From: Candidatus Multivorans sp.
GTDB lineage: Bacteria > Acidobacteriota > Thermoanaerobaculia > Multivoradales > Multivoraceae
Direction of reading: 5' to 3'
NCBI GenBank assembly: GCA_965247095.1
Contig: OZ251997.1
Span: 384,001-448,000 of the forward strand
Length of the DNA: 64,000 nt
Part shown: positions 51,261-60,636 of the stretch, one piece after another
How positions within the stretch are numbered: the stretch's first letter is position 1
Layout: every line of letters starts with the position of its first letter
Translations under genes and position numbers: made by a program
Notes under the pieces: model-generated
Database searches by the model: none
What the model was told of the DNA's origin: nothing
The model's input: only the letters and a program-made list of their open reading frames with translations

Positions 51261-54200
51261 AGCCCCGCGCCCCCGGTCTCGGCGCGGCCGGCGGCGGCGC
51301 TGTTGTCGAGCCGCACGAAGCGCACCGCGTCCGCGGCGACCGCTTTGCCGGAGGTCTCGTCGCTCAGGACCAGTTCGGTCGGGCCGCCGGCCAGATCGAA
51401 GTCGCCCAGCACCGCCCATCCCGCGCCCGCGGCCGCGGCGTCGAAGTCGATCGGCCGGGAGACGCCGCCGTTCTGCAACTCCAGGTCGTAGGTGCCGAGA
51501 GCCAGCCCCAGGTTCACCGAGACCCGTACGCCGCCGTCGTCGTCCCCTCCTCTTCGTGGTGCGTCTCCACCTCCGTCGCCGACCCGCACTTCCCGACGCA
51601 CGGCCGTGGCGCCGGCTGGCAGGGGCGAGAGCGACGGCACGTGCAGTTCGACCCGCCAGCGGCCGTCTGCCGGCAACTCCGTCCGGTAGATCGCGCGGCT
51701 GTTCCCTTCGCCCGCGGGCGCCAGGGCGGTCGTGCGGCGGTAGCGGCCCCAACTGGTGGGCTGTGCGTAGCGCGACCATTCGGTCGGCGGTCCGCCGAAG
51801 CTCTGGTAGACGAGCAGACCCTGATCCGTCTGGTTCGACGGCGCGAAGAAGCCAGCGAGACCGCCCTGCAGCCGGAAGCCGCCGGCATCCGCTTCATCCG
51901 TCTCGATCGAGAAGCCGGGGTCCAGGTCGTCGACGACGATCATGTCGGTCGTTGACTCGAGGAAGGCGGGCAGCCAGTCGGCCGGCCGCGTGCCGCGCAG
52001 TGGTTCGGCATCGACGATCGTCTCGTTGTTGACGCTCGGCAGATCGATCGGGAACTCCCGGCGGTTCAGCGACAGGTAAGGTGAAGCCAGCATCCTGCCC
52101 GGCACCCTGGAAGTGACCAGACCGAATTCGACGGAGCTGTTTCCCGGGATCAGGGTCGGCTCGCTGGACTCCCAGCGCACGCCGCTCGGTGCGCGGACGG
52201 CGTAGCGGAGCCGGAACAGGCCCGGAGCCTCCTCGCCGTTGTGGACGAAGAGACGGGTCTGGTACTGCGGCAGGCCCTGGTCGTCGTCCGCCAGCCGCAC
52301 GAGTTCGGCGGGGGATACGACGAAGCCCGGCAGGTCGGTCTGGTGGAGGAAGTCGCCGACCAGGCCGGCGAGGTCCAGGCCGGCTTCCTGAGCGGCCCGT
52401 TCGAGGTCGGCGGCGGTGAAGGTCGATCCCCGGTGGTCGCGCATGAGGTTCGCGAGCATCGCGGCGGTCCGTTCCCGGCCGGCGCCGTCCAGAATTGCGC
52501 CGGCAAGGGCCGAAGTCTTCAGATAGAGCGCGTTCAACGCTTTCTTCGGCTCCTCTTCGACGTCCATTTCCGTCAGCGAGGCGCCGAGAACGGCGTCCCA
52601 TACCTCGGGGCGGTCGGTGAGGCTCTGTACGATGGTGCTGGAGACCGAGGAGGCGCCTCCGCCGAGCTGGCTGAAGATGGCGCCCTGCAACACGCTGGCG
52701 ATCGTCCAGCCGAACTCGCGGTCGAACAGGTGGGCCGAGAAGTACGATTCGCCGCCGTTCACCAGCCGGTTCACCAGGTTGTTGCACAGTTCCTCGAGCG
52801 CCAGCGCCTCCGGACCGCGGGCGCCGGTCTGGTACATGAACAGATTGCGGACACCGCCGACCTCCACGTTGCCGCCCGAGAAGTCGTTGCGGAAGAACTG
52901 CTGCAGCCCGGAGGCCTTTGCCCGGGGCAGACCGCCCTCCTGCTCCTCGAACCGCTCCGGGTTGCGGAACAGGAACTCGAAGCGAGCGGTCGGCAGGCTG
53001 CTCTCGCTGAGCAGCAGCATGCCCGGCGGCGCGCGCTCGGTGTCCATCCGCCAGCCGCCGCCGTAGGAGCGCAGGGTCCAGGGAACTTCAACCAGGGTGA
53101 GCTGACGGTAGGGGTAGGGCAGGCCCAGCTCGCGCGCGCTGGTGAAGCGCTCGGCGGCGACTGCCTCGATCTCTTCCCGGGCGTCGGCGAAGAGCTCCAC
53201 GTTTCTCAGATGGCGGGGGTGGAGGAGCAGTTCGATCTCGACGCCCTCGACCTCCGTCGTCCGGCGATCGAACCGACCGGCGACCAGGGCCGCTTCGGGC
53301 ACGACTGCCACGGGTGCGAACCGTTGCCGTTCGCCGGCCGGCTCGGCTCTGCCTGGCCCGGCGACCGTCCAGCCCGAGGGGGCGCCGACCTCCAGGTCGA
53401 GTTCGAAGAAGTCTCTGGGACGCCTTCGCGGATCGGTGAGGCCGACCGACGTGCCGGGGCGCGGCATCCAGGCCAGCGCGGCGGGCAGCGCGACGTAGCG
53501 GCGCTCCGCAAAGCCGTTCAGGGCGCCGAGAAGGATGATCTGGGCGTCCTGGAACTTGATCCGGTTGAAGTCGATCGCGGAATCCAGGTACGCGAAGCGA
53601 AGGTCGGGCCGTCCGTGGGCGCGCAGGCGAAGGTCGACGGCCTCGCCCGCGGCCGGCGAGCGCCCGAGGTCGACCTCGAGCAGGCCGTCGCGGTGGTTGA
53701 ATCCGAGCGTCGCGCCGGCGGTATCCTCAATGGCGTCGACCTGGAGGCCGGGGTTCAGGCTGAAGAGAGCCTGCGAACCGCCGGCGGCGAGGAACCGGAC
53801 GTTGACATCGAGGGTCAGGCGGCCGCGCGGTGCGATGTCGACGGCGCCGTGGATCTGTTCCAGGTCAAGGACCGGTTCGCTCTGGCGTGCCGTGTGGGCG
53901 ATGCGCCAGTCGTCGATTTCGTCGACCCGGTTGCCGGCCGTGACCGCGGCGGCTGCGATCGTTCCGATGGCCGCCGCCAGGAGGCCGGCGCCGGCGGTGG
54001 CCCACAGGCGTCGCCGGGTGTCGTCGAGCCGGGGATGGACGGCGACGGCGACCGCAAGCATCCCAACGGCCAGCGCCGCGACCGTGGCCCGGTTCATCAA
54101 GTTGAAGGCGGTCCAGATCTGGGGCGCGACCTCGGAAGGATTGGTGCCGAAGCCGCCGTTGATCGCCAGCATCGGCAGGACGTAGGTCGGCACGCGGAAG

Positions 54201-54808
54201 GAGAGAAGCATCGGCCCGATGGCCAGCCCGAGGCCCAGGAGCGCGGCGACCAGGCGGTTGCCGCTCAGGAGTGACGCCACATGGACGAAGGCGATGGTCA
54301 GAGCCAGCGCCGGCAGCGCCTCGGTCAGCAGGTAGGCCCAGACGGAACTCCAGATCGCCGGTTCGCCCACGTACCAGCCGAGCGCCACGCCGAGATGGCC
54401 GATGCCCTGGATGATCATCATGCCGATGAAGGCGACGCCCCAGATCATGATCAGGGCGCCGAGGAAGCGGCCGAGGACGAGTTCGGCGTTCGAATAGGGC
54501 CGGCTGTCCAGGACCTCGATGACGCGGTCGCGCCGGTCCCGTGCGCGCAGATCGAAGGCCAGGAACACGACGCCGATCGCGAGAACCATCGTCTGCGTCG
54601 AAGCCATCTGAGCGAGCAGGAACTTCGGGCTCATCGCGCCGACCGTCGCCGAGAACGACGAAAAGAGGCCGTGGATAACCCAGTAGTAGCCGTACGACAC
54701 CAAGCCGACGAGGAGTGCGAGGCCCGAGAACAGCCAGAAGCGGAACAGCCGGCGGAGGGTGCGCATCTCGGCGCGGGCCAGCGACCAGACGGCGGCGAGT
54801 GAGATCAC
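51257..54808 (-). CDS. ABC permease + M1-aminopeptidase-like + C-terminal CBM/golvesin-like fusion
   Basis: N-terminal TM bundle (RDRRDR..E..SRP), FSLNPGL, LPYPY..LVEVP, C-terminal IVVDDLDPGF..GWAVLGDF..ADAVRF; no HEXXH seen. Confidence 0.78.
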   Translation of the reverse strand: MISLAAVWSLARAEMRTLRRLFRFWLFSGLALLVGLVSYGYYWVIHGLFSSFSATVGAMSPKFLLAQMASTQTMVLAIGVVFLAFDLRARDRRDRVIEVLDSRPYSNAELVLGRFLGALIMIWGVAFIGMMIIQGIGHLGVALGWYVGEPAIWSSVWAYLLTEALPALALTIAFVHVASLLSGNRLVAALLGLGLAIGPMLLSFRVPTYVLPMLAINGGFGTNPSEVAPQIWTAFNLMNRATVAALAVGMLAVAVAVHPRLDDTRRRLWATAGAGLLAAAIGTIAAAAVTAGNRVDEIDDWRIAHTARQSEPVLDLEQIHGAVDIAPRGRLTLDVNVRFLAAGGSQALFSLNPGLQVDAIEDTAGATLGFNHRDGLLEVDLGRSPAAGEAVDLRLRAHGRPDLRFAYLDSAIDFNRIKFQDAQIILLGALNGFAERRYVALPAALAWMPRPGTSVGLTDPRRRPRDFFELDLEVGAPSGWTVAGPGRAEPAGERQRFAPVAVVPEAALVAGRFDRRTTEVEGVEIELLLHPRHLRNVELFADAREEIEAVAAERFTSARELGLPYPYRQLTLVEVPWTLRSYGGGWRMDTERAPPGMLLLSESSLPTARFEFLFRNPERFEEQEGGLPRAKASGLQQFFRNDFSGGNVEVGGVRNLFMYQTGARGPEALALEELCNNLVNRLVNGGESYFSAHLFDREFGWTIASVLQGAIFSQLGGGASSVSSTIVQSLTDRPEVWDAVLGASLTEMDVEEEPKKALNALYLKTSALAGAILDGAGRERTAAMLANLMRDHRGSTFTAADLERAAQEAGLDLAGLVGDFLHQTDLPGFVVSPAELVRLADDDQGLPQYQTRLFVHNGEEAPGLFRLRYAVRAPSGVRWESSEPTLIPGNSSVEFGLVTSRVPGRMLASPYLSLNRREFPIDLPSVNNETIVDAEPLRGTRPADWLPAFLESTTDMIVVDDLDPGFSIETDEADAGGFRLQGGLAGFFAPSNQTDQGLLVYQSFGGPPTEWSRYAQPTSWGRYRRTTALAPAGEGNSRAIYRTELPADGRWRVELHVPSLSPLPAGATAVRREVRVGDGGGDAPRRGGDDDGGVRVSVNLGLALGTYDLELQNGGVSRPIDFDAAAAGAGWAVLGDFDLAGGPTELVLSDETSGKAVAADAVRFVRLDNSAAAGRAETGGAGL

Positions 54809-55806
54809 TGTCGGGCCTCCTCTCCGGAGGTCGTGTCGCCTGCGTCCGCGTCCGCCGATCCTTCGCCGCCATCGGACCGAGCGTTGTGGGCGGCTTTGTT
54901 CCCGCCGAAGTGCTCATCGGTCACCAGGGCTTCGGCACGACCGCGCGCGACCATGAAGGCGAGGTATCCCTCCTCGAGGGTCGGCGACGAGGCGATCCGC
55001 GCTCGTGCCGGTACGCCGCCGGGCGCCGCGACGGCGCGGTAGGTCGTTTCGTTCATGCTGACGGTGCGCGAGACGATCTCGAAGCCGCCTTCGGGCTGCG
55101 GCGCGGATGTCGGCAGGGTCAGCTCGAACACCTGGCCCTGGGCGCGCTCAAGCAGTTGGGTGGGGGAGCCGCGAAAGACGATCTTGCCCGCGTCGAGCAG
55201 GGCGAGGTCGTTGCAGCCGGTGCCCAGGTCGGCGACGATGTGGGTCGAGAGGATGATCGTCCGCTCGCGGCCGAGGCTCGCCATCAGTTGGCGGAAGCGG
55301 AGCCGCTCCTCCGGGTCCAGACCGACCGTGGGTTCGTCGACCACCAGCAGGCGGGGTTGGTGGATCAGCGCCTGGGCGATGCCGAGGCGGCGGGTCATGC
55401 CGCCTGAGAGCTTCTTCACCTTGCGGTGCGCGACCTCGCCCAGGCCGACGCTGTCGAGGACGGAATCGACGCGGGCCCGGCGGGCGCCGCGGTCGTCCAG
55501 GCCGGAGAGCTCGGCCAGGGTGTCGAGGACCTCCTCCACGCGGTGCAGACGCCAGGCGCCGAATTCCTGCGGCAGATAGCCGAGATGTGCGCGGACGCCG
55601 CGCCGCTGCGAGACCACGTCGTGGCCGAAGACGGTTGCCGTCCCGCCGCTGGGCTTGAGCAGCGTGCAGACGATCCGCATCAGGGTGCTCTTGCCGGCGC
55701 CGTTGGGGCCCAGCAGGCCGAAGAGACCCGCGCCGATCTCCAGATCGACGCCGTCGAGAGCTACTGTGCCGCCGCGATAGACGTGGCGGAGGCCGCGCGC
55801 GGCCAC
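54805..55806 (-). CDS. ABC transporter ATP-binding protein
   Basis: GPNGAGKST, LSGGM, VVDEPT, LSTH. Confidence 0.96.
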   Translation of the reverse strand: MAARGLRHVYRGGTVALDGVDLEIGAGLFGLLGPNGAGKSTLMRIVCTLLKPSGGTATVFGHDVVSQRRGVRAHLGYLPQEFGAWRLHRVEEVLDTLAELSGLDDRGARRARVDSVLDSVGLGEVAHRKVKKLSGGMTRRLGIAQALIHQPRLLVVDEPTVGLDPEERLRFRQLMASLGRERTIILSTHIVADLGTGCNDLALLDAGKIVFRGSPTQLLERAQGQVFELTLPTSAPQPEGGFEIVSRTVSMNETTYRAVAAPGGVPARARIASSPTLEEGYLAFMVARGRAEALVTDEHFGGNKAAHNARSDGGEGSADADAGDTTSGEEARQ

Positions 55807-56028
55807 TGTCGTAGTCAGAGTGTTTCCTCCCGAAGGTCTATACGGAAGCGGGCAGCGCTTGGTTTACACCGCGTGTCCCTTCCAGGATCCGGTGACCGTG
55901 GGCTGAAACCCCGCGGGGCCGTCCGCGTACTCGTATAGTATGCCGGCGCATACCGGATACCCTTTTTCTGCCAACATCTCTGGACACCCCCGAGTTTCTC
56001 GACATTCCAAAAGGGAGGCCTCCACACA

Positions 56029-57510
56029 ATGATCCGTTCCCAGTTCTCGCTCGCGAGTCGTGCGCTCGCAGTCGGCGCCGTCTGTTCCCTGGCGCTCTCC
56101 GGCCTCGCCGCTGCCGCGGCGGTCGACCCTGAGCCGGTCACCTTCCACCGTGACGTGGCGCCCCTGCTGCAGCAGGAATGCCAGGTTTGCCATCGGCCCA
56201 ACGGCGCCAACCTCGGCGGCATGGTGGCGCCGATGGCGCTGACCACCTACGAGGAGACCCGGCCCTGGGCGCGCTCGATCGCCCGCCAGGTCGCGACGCG
56301 CGCGATGCCGCCCTGGGATGCGGCGCCGGCCCACAACGGCGTGTTCGCCAACGAGCGCACGCTGACCCAGGAAGAGATCGACCTCATCGTGCGCTGGGCC
56401 GAGTCCGGCGCGCCGGCCGGCGATCCTGCGGACGCCCCGACGCCGATCGAATGGCCAAGTGCCGACGGCTGGCTGATCGGCGAGCCGGATCTCGTCCTGC
56501 AGTTCGACGAGCCCTTCTGGGTCGAGGACGACGTGGACGACCTCTACATCTACCGGAAGACGACAGTGACCGAAGAGATGATCCCCGAGGATCGCTTCGT
56601 CAAGGCGATCGAGTTCCGGCCCGACAGTTCGGCGGTTCACCACATCATCGTCCCCGGCCTGGGCGGCATCGCTCCCGGCAACGACCCGGTGATCCACGCG
56701 GACGGCATGGCGGACGTGCTCAAGGCCGGCCGCGACCTGACCTGGCAGATGCACTACCACAAGGAGCCGGGCGAGGGCACCGGCTCCTGGGACCAGTCCT
56801 CGGTGGCGCTCAAGTTCTACGACAGCGAAGACGAGGTCAAGTACGAGGTCTTCAACGCCGGCATGGGCAAGTTCGACTTCGCCGTGCCGCCGGGCGACTC
56901 GGACTACACGATCCAGACGGAGTGGACCTTCCCGACGGACTCGGAGATCGTCAGCTACCTGCCGCACATGCACCTGCGCGGCAAGGCGGCCAAGTACGAG
57001 GCCTACTACCCGGACGGCAGTCACGAAGTGCTGCTCGACGTGCCGAACTACGACTTCAACTGGCAGACCACCTACCTGTACGAGGAGCGCAAGAAGGTGC
57101 CGGCGGGCACGCGAGTGGTCCTGACCACGGTGTTCGACAACTCGGCCGACAACCCCGCCAACCCGAATCCGAACGAGACGGTGCGTTGGGGCGAGCCGAC
57201 CACCGACGAGATGAGCTTCGGCTTCATGGCCTACATCAACGAAGAGAACCAGGGCCGCGGCGCGTTCCAGGGTGAGGGCGAGGGCATCGACGTCACCGCG
57301 ATCGTCGCCTTCTCGGACGAGAGCCGCGACGGCCTGATGCAGCTCGAAGAGGCGCCGGACATGGTCAAGCCCTACTTCGAGATGATGGACCAGAACAAGG
57401 ACGGCGCCGTCGACATGGAGGAGGCGCGGGCAGCCAACGGCGTCCTCGAGCAGATGGCGGAGGGCAGGTCTGAGGCAGCGGCCTCTGCCGGAGCGGGCGG
57501 CGGGCAATAG
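56029..57510 (+). CDS. Secreted heme c (CxxCH) + copper monooxygenase-like + EF-hand protein
   Basis: Signal peptide, CQVCH, VHHII, MHYH, PHMHLRG, DEM, DQNKDGAVDMEE. Confidence 0.82.
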   Translation: MIRSQFSLASRALAVGAVCSLALSGLAAAAAVDPEPVTFHRDVAPLLQQECQVCHRPNGANLGGMVAPMALTTYEETRPWARSIARQVATRAMPPWDAAPAHNGVFANERTLTQEEIDLIVRWAESGAPAGDPADAPTPIEWPSADGWLIGEPDLVLQFDEPFWVEDDVDDLYIYRKTTVTEEMIPEDRFVKAIEFRPDSSAVHHIIVPGLGGIAPGNDPVIHADGMADVLKAGRDLTWQMHYHKEPGEGTGSWDQSSVALKFYDSEDEVKYEVFNAGMGKFDFAVPPGDSDYTIQTEWTFPTDSEIVSYLPHMHLRGKAAKYEAYYPDGSHEVLLDVPNYDFNWQTTYLYEERKKVPAGTRVVLTTVFDNSADNPANPNPNETVRWGEPTTDEMSFGFMAYINEENQGRGAFQGEGEGIDVTAIVAFSDESRDGLMQLEEAPDMVKPYFEMMDQNKDGAVDMEEARAANGVLEQMAEGRSEAAASAGAGGGQ

Positions 57511-57533
57511 CCCTTAGGCAGTCCGTTCAGTTC

Positions 57534-57568
57534 GAACCGCCGGCGCGCCGCGAGGCCGCCGGCGGTTC
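57534..57568. terminator. Inverted repeat between convergent genes (possible bidirectional terminator)
   Basis: gaaccgccggcg ... cgccggcggttc 12-bp stem; no long U tract. Confidence 0.45.
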
Positions 57569-57580
57569 TGCGTGTTGGGG

Positions 57581-58576
57581 TCATAGGTTGTAAGCGTGCC
57601 GAATCGCCGCCGCCGCCAGCAGACGCGCCGGATCAAACAACGGCCGTCCCGCCGCCTCCGCTCCGCCCAGGGCCAGCGGAATCTCCGTACAACCCGCCAC
57701 CAGCACATCGACGCCGGCGTCCCCGACCAGCCTCCCGGCCGCCTCCTCCAGCAGCACCCGTGCCCGCGGCGACCCGCCGTCCGTCTTGATCCCGCCGCCT
57801 CGATGCCGTCCATTGACCCAGGGCCCGTAGATCGCCTCCATGACCGCGCGGAGCTGCAGCGCTTCGCCGTCCTCCAGGTCGAGCGGGCTCACCGCCCGAA
57901 GGCCACGGGCCTCCAGCGGATCGTGGTAGAGCCGCGAGCGCAGCGTGCCGGACGTGGCGAGCAGGCCCACCCGCCCGCCAGGCGCGATGCGCTCCGCCTC
58001 GTCGGCCGTGACCTCGACCAGGCTGAGGATCGGCAGCGGGCTCTCCTCGCGCAGTGGCGCCATCCGTGCGCCCGATGACGGGCGCACGGACTGGTTCGCG
58101 GGTGACGCGGGACCGCGCCACCCGGGTGTCATCCATGCGCCCGATGACGGGCCCATGGACTGGTTCGCGGCTGGCGCGGTCCCGCGCCACCCGGGTGTCA
58201 TCCATGCGCCCGATGACGGGCCCATGGACTGGTTCGCGGCTGGCGCGGTCCCGCGCCACCCGGGTTCCAGGAACAGGTGCGCTGTATTGCAGGCGACCAC
58301 GGCGAAGTCCGCTCCGGCCCGTCGCACCCGTTCCAGGCTCCGAAGCAGCACCGGGCTCGGGTCCTCCGCGTGGCCCAGGAAGGCTTCGGTCCGGTCGGGG
58401 GTCTGCGGAATGCTGGACAGCACCCATTCCGGGAAGTCCTGATCCGCCGTGGCGCCAGTCAACTCACGCGCCGCCTCCAGCAGCTTCCGCTCGAAGTCGA
58501 GATGGGCGAAGGGTCCGAGGCCCCCGACGATCCCTATCAGACGCTGCTGCCGCATGCGTTGAGTGGTCCTCGGCAT
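57581..58576 (-). CDS. Aspartate/glutamate racemase family protein with in-frame repeat insertion
   Basis: IGIVGGLGP, PDRT, ACNTAH, LLATSGT, AGCTEIP. Confidence 0.9.
   Translation of the reverse strand: MPRTTQRMRQQRLIGIVGGLGPFAHLDFERKLLEAARELTGATADQDFPEWVLSSIPQTPDRTEAFLGHAEDPSPVLLRSLERVRRAGADFAVVACNTAHLFLEPGWRGTAPAANQSMGPSSGAWMTPGWRGTAPAANQSMGPSSGAWMTPGWRGPASPANQSVRPSSGARMAPLREESPLPILSLVEVTADEAERIAPGGRVGLLATSGTLRSRLYHDPLEARGLRAVSPLDLEDGEALQLRAVMEAIYGPWVNGRHRGGGIKTDGGSPRARVLLEEAAGRLVGDAGVDVLVAGCTEIPLALGGAEAAGRPLFDPARLLAAAAIRHAYNL
58061..58270. repeat. Three tandem 69-bp palindromic units inside the racemase gene
   Basis: 'catcc' unit starts at 58061, 58130 and 58199; encodes PGWRGTAPAANQSMGPSSGAWMT-like 23-aa repeats. 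Confidence 0.95.
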
Positions 58577-58640
58577 ACGCGGATCATCCTAGCTTCCGTG
58601 GTGCTTCACCTGCCGATGGGGGCAGTGTCGCTGGCGAGTC

Positions 58641-59093
58641 GTGGATGCGCTGATGAACGAAATTGACTCGCACGCGAGCAATGATGCCGAAACCGAGCAA
58701 GTGCTCTTGAGGATGGCTGAATTCACGCACTTGCAGCGTTTGTTCCGTGCAGTTCTCGACGGACAAGTGGTGCTCACCGGTATGGACCTGGGTGGGCTGA
58801 CCAAACTGGCGAGCGAAACCGCAGGAACCGTGAATCGAGCGGAGACGCTGGACTGGTTGCCGCTTTTTCGGTTGGAGGCTTCGATGGTCGCGCTTGAATC
58901 GCTTGTAGAAACGCCAGCCGAGTTGCTGGAACTCGGAAGTCAGATAGCAGAGAAAAGGTTATCGCTCGGATTGGACAAACAAGAGGCGCTCTACCGGACG
59001 CTGGAAGACTCGGGCTGCCCGGCGCCACGTACATCACGAAGCTTTATTGATGAAGTGCTCGAGGGAGAAGATGAAGACATCGTACGAGCTTGA
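58641..59093 (+). CDS. Hypothetical protein or fragment, visibly lower GC
   Basis: 150-aa ORF with protein-like composition; no motif recognised. Confidence 0.35.
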   Translation: MDALMNEIDSHASNDAETEQVLLRMAEFTHLQRLFRAVLDGQVVLTGMDLGGLTKLASETAGTVNRAETLDWLPLFRLEASMVALESLVETPAELLELGSQIAEKRLSLGLDKQEALYRTLEDSGCPAPRTSRSFIDEVLEGEDEDIVRA

Positions 59094-59199
59094 TTTGTGG
59101 GAAACCTAGGTGCGAATGGCTTGGGCCGCAGCCTGGAGATGGTCCTGACGGCCGGGTGAGTGCGGGGAGTGCTCAGACGGACCGGAGTTGAAGCGATCG

Positions 59200-59586
59200 T
59201 CAGGGCGCTGTGACCTTGGGGGACGCGCCCCTGGCCTTGCGAATGAAGCTGCGGTCGAATGTGAGCATGGTCTGGCAGTGGGCGGCAGCGCCAAGATGCA
59301 GCGCGTCTGCGAAGTCCATGCCCTTCTCTGCTCGATCGAGCGCCTCCCTGAGCAGGGACGGGCTCTCTACGGTGACCCCCGGCAGGCCCGAGAAGGCCTT
59401 CAGGGCCGCCGCGACATCCTCGCCGGAAAGCCCGTACACGCTGCGTAGGACCCACTCGCACTCGAGGAGAACGGTCGTGCTCACGAAGACACCCCCCGTG
59501 TCGATCACGCCCCTTGCCTTGCCGGCTTGTCCCGGATCGTCGCCGGTCAGGTATCGGACGACGACGTTGGTGTCAATCGCCTGCAT
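59200..59586 (-). CDS. vapC: VapC PIN-domain toxin
   Basis: AIDTNVVVRYL, LLECEWVL, DFADALH, TFDR. Confidence 0.93.
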   Translation of the reverse strand: MQAIDTNVVVRYLTGDDPGQAGKARGVIDTGGVFVSTTVLLECEWVLRSVYGLSGEDVAAALKAFSGLPGVTVESPSLLREALDRAEKGMDFADALHLGAAAHCQTMLTFDRSFIRKARGASPKVTAP

Positions 59587-59848
59587 GCCGTCGCCTGGCT
59601 TCGGCCAGTACACCGGCCCGCATCTCTTGAAGGGACTTCGGCGGGCTGTCGTAGGCCAGGCTGCCGAACACGTCTTCCGGCCGGGTTTCGGAAAACACGG
59701 GCGCCGGCTTGAGCAAGACGCCCTCGGAGGTGTTCTCCACGACGAGGCGTGTTCCGGCTACCCAGCGCAGCGCCCGACGGATGGCCTTCGGCAGGATGAC
59801 CTGCCCCTTCGTCGACACGGTGGTGGTAAGCGGTTCAGGCGTCGGCAT
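59573..59848 (-). CDS. vapB: AbrB/MazE-type antitoxin
   Basis: STKGQVILPKAIRRAL; overlaps vapC start. Confidence 0.92.
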   Translation of the reverse strand: MPTPEPLTTTVSTKGQVILPKAIRRALRWVAGTRLVVENTSEGVLLKPAPVFSETRPEDVFGSLAYDSPPKSLQEMRAGVLAEARRRHAGD

Positions 59849-59934
59849 TGATGGATTCCTCCTTCGCACCCGGTAAGGCGAAAGTAAGATACACCGTTCG
59901 GCGCCGTGAGCCAAGCGCAAACAGAGAATCAAGG

Positions 59935-60114
59935 GAACGCGGCACGGTCGAGGCGATTCAGGTCGGCGCCCGAGGCGTCAACCTGGCGATCACGGGCAGC
60001 CGCTACGGCCCGGGCGGAACCAGGATCCACAGCATCGACGCCGTCTACCTGATCACGGAGGTGGAGGGCCGCTGGGGCATCCGCGCGGGTTCCGGCATGT
60101 CGCCTCGGCCCTGA
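59935..60114 (+). pseudogene. C-terminal fragment of an NTF2/SnoaL-like protein
   Basis: VNLAITGSRYGPGG..AVYLITEVEGRWGI pattern with no plausible N-terminus. Confidence 0.45.
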
Positions 60115-60149
60115 GCTGAACGGAGTTCCTCAGAACGCGATCCGCCGGA

Positions 60150-60271
60150 TTCGGTCCACGGTCGCCAAGAACGATGCTTGGCACGACCAGGCGCCGCGCC
60201 GAACGCAGGGGCGCTTCGGCTGCCGCGAGCCCCTCCGCCCAGGCCGACAGCGCATTCGTGTCGAGAATCAC
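60150..60271 (-). pseudogene. Truncated VapC (PIN N-terminus only)
   Basis: MILDTNALSA..VVPSIVLG, then similarity ends before the expected catalytic Glu. Confidence 0.75.
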
Positions 60272-60561
60272 GGGATGTCGTCGGGCTCGAGCTTCTCGAA
60301 CTCGTCCTCGATCGTCTCGAGGACGGCACGGTGTTCGTCGCCGAGGTCGGCAAGTTCCCCGAATCCCGCCATCCAGGGCGGCGCCAGAGGAGCGGGCGCG
60401 GCGCGGTGCGAATCGGTATGACCCCGTGCGCTCGCCGCGTGTCGACTGAGCTGCTGTTCGACGGCGTCGGTGAAGAATCGTTTCAGCGTCATGCCGCGGA
60501 CCGCGGCGAAAGCCTTCGCGCGTCGGAAGGTGGTGTCGGGAAGCTCTATCGTCGTCTTCAT
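60268..60561 (-). CDS. Ribbon-helix-helix VapB-type antitoxin
   Basis: MKTTIELPD..RRAKAFAA.RG.TLK; acidic C-terminus; GTGA overlap with the truncated vapC. Confidence 0.85.
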   Translation of the reverse strand: MKTTIELPDTTFRRAKAFAAVRGMTLKRFFTDAVEQQLSRHAASARGHTDSHRAAPAPLAPPWMAGFGELADLGDEHRAVLETIEDEFEKLEPDDIP

Positions 60562-60636
60562 TGACCCATATTGCCATATTTCCGGTGGCTGTCGCTCTCG
60601 ATGAAGAGGAGCCAGCGCTCGCTGTAGAGTGTGGAC

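Noticed and set aside
58061-58270. Possible CRISPR array
   Set aside because: Units are contiguous 69-bp tandem repeats with no unique spacers, they lie in frame within a gene, and no cas genes are present.
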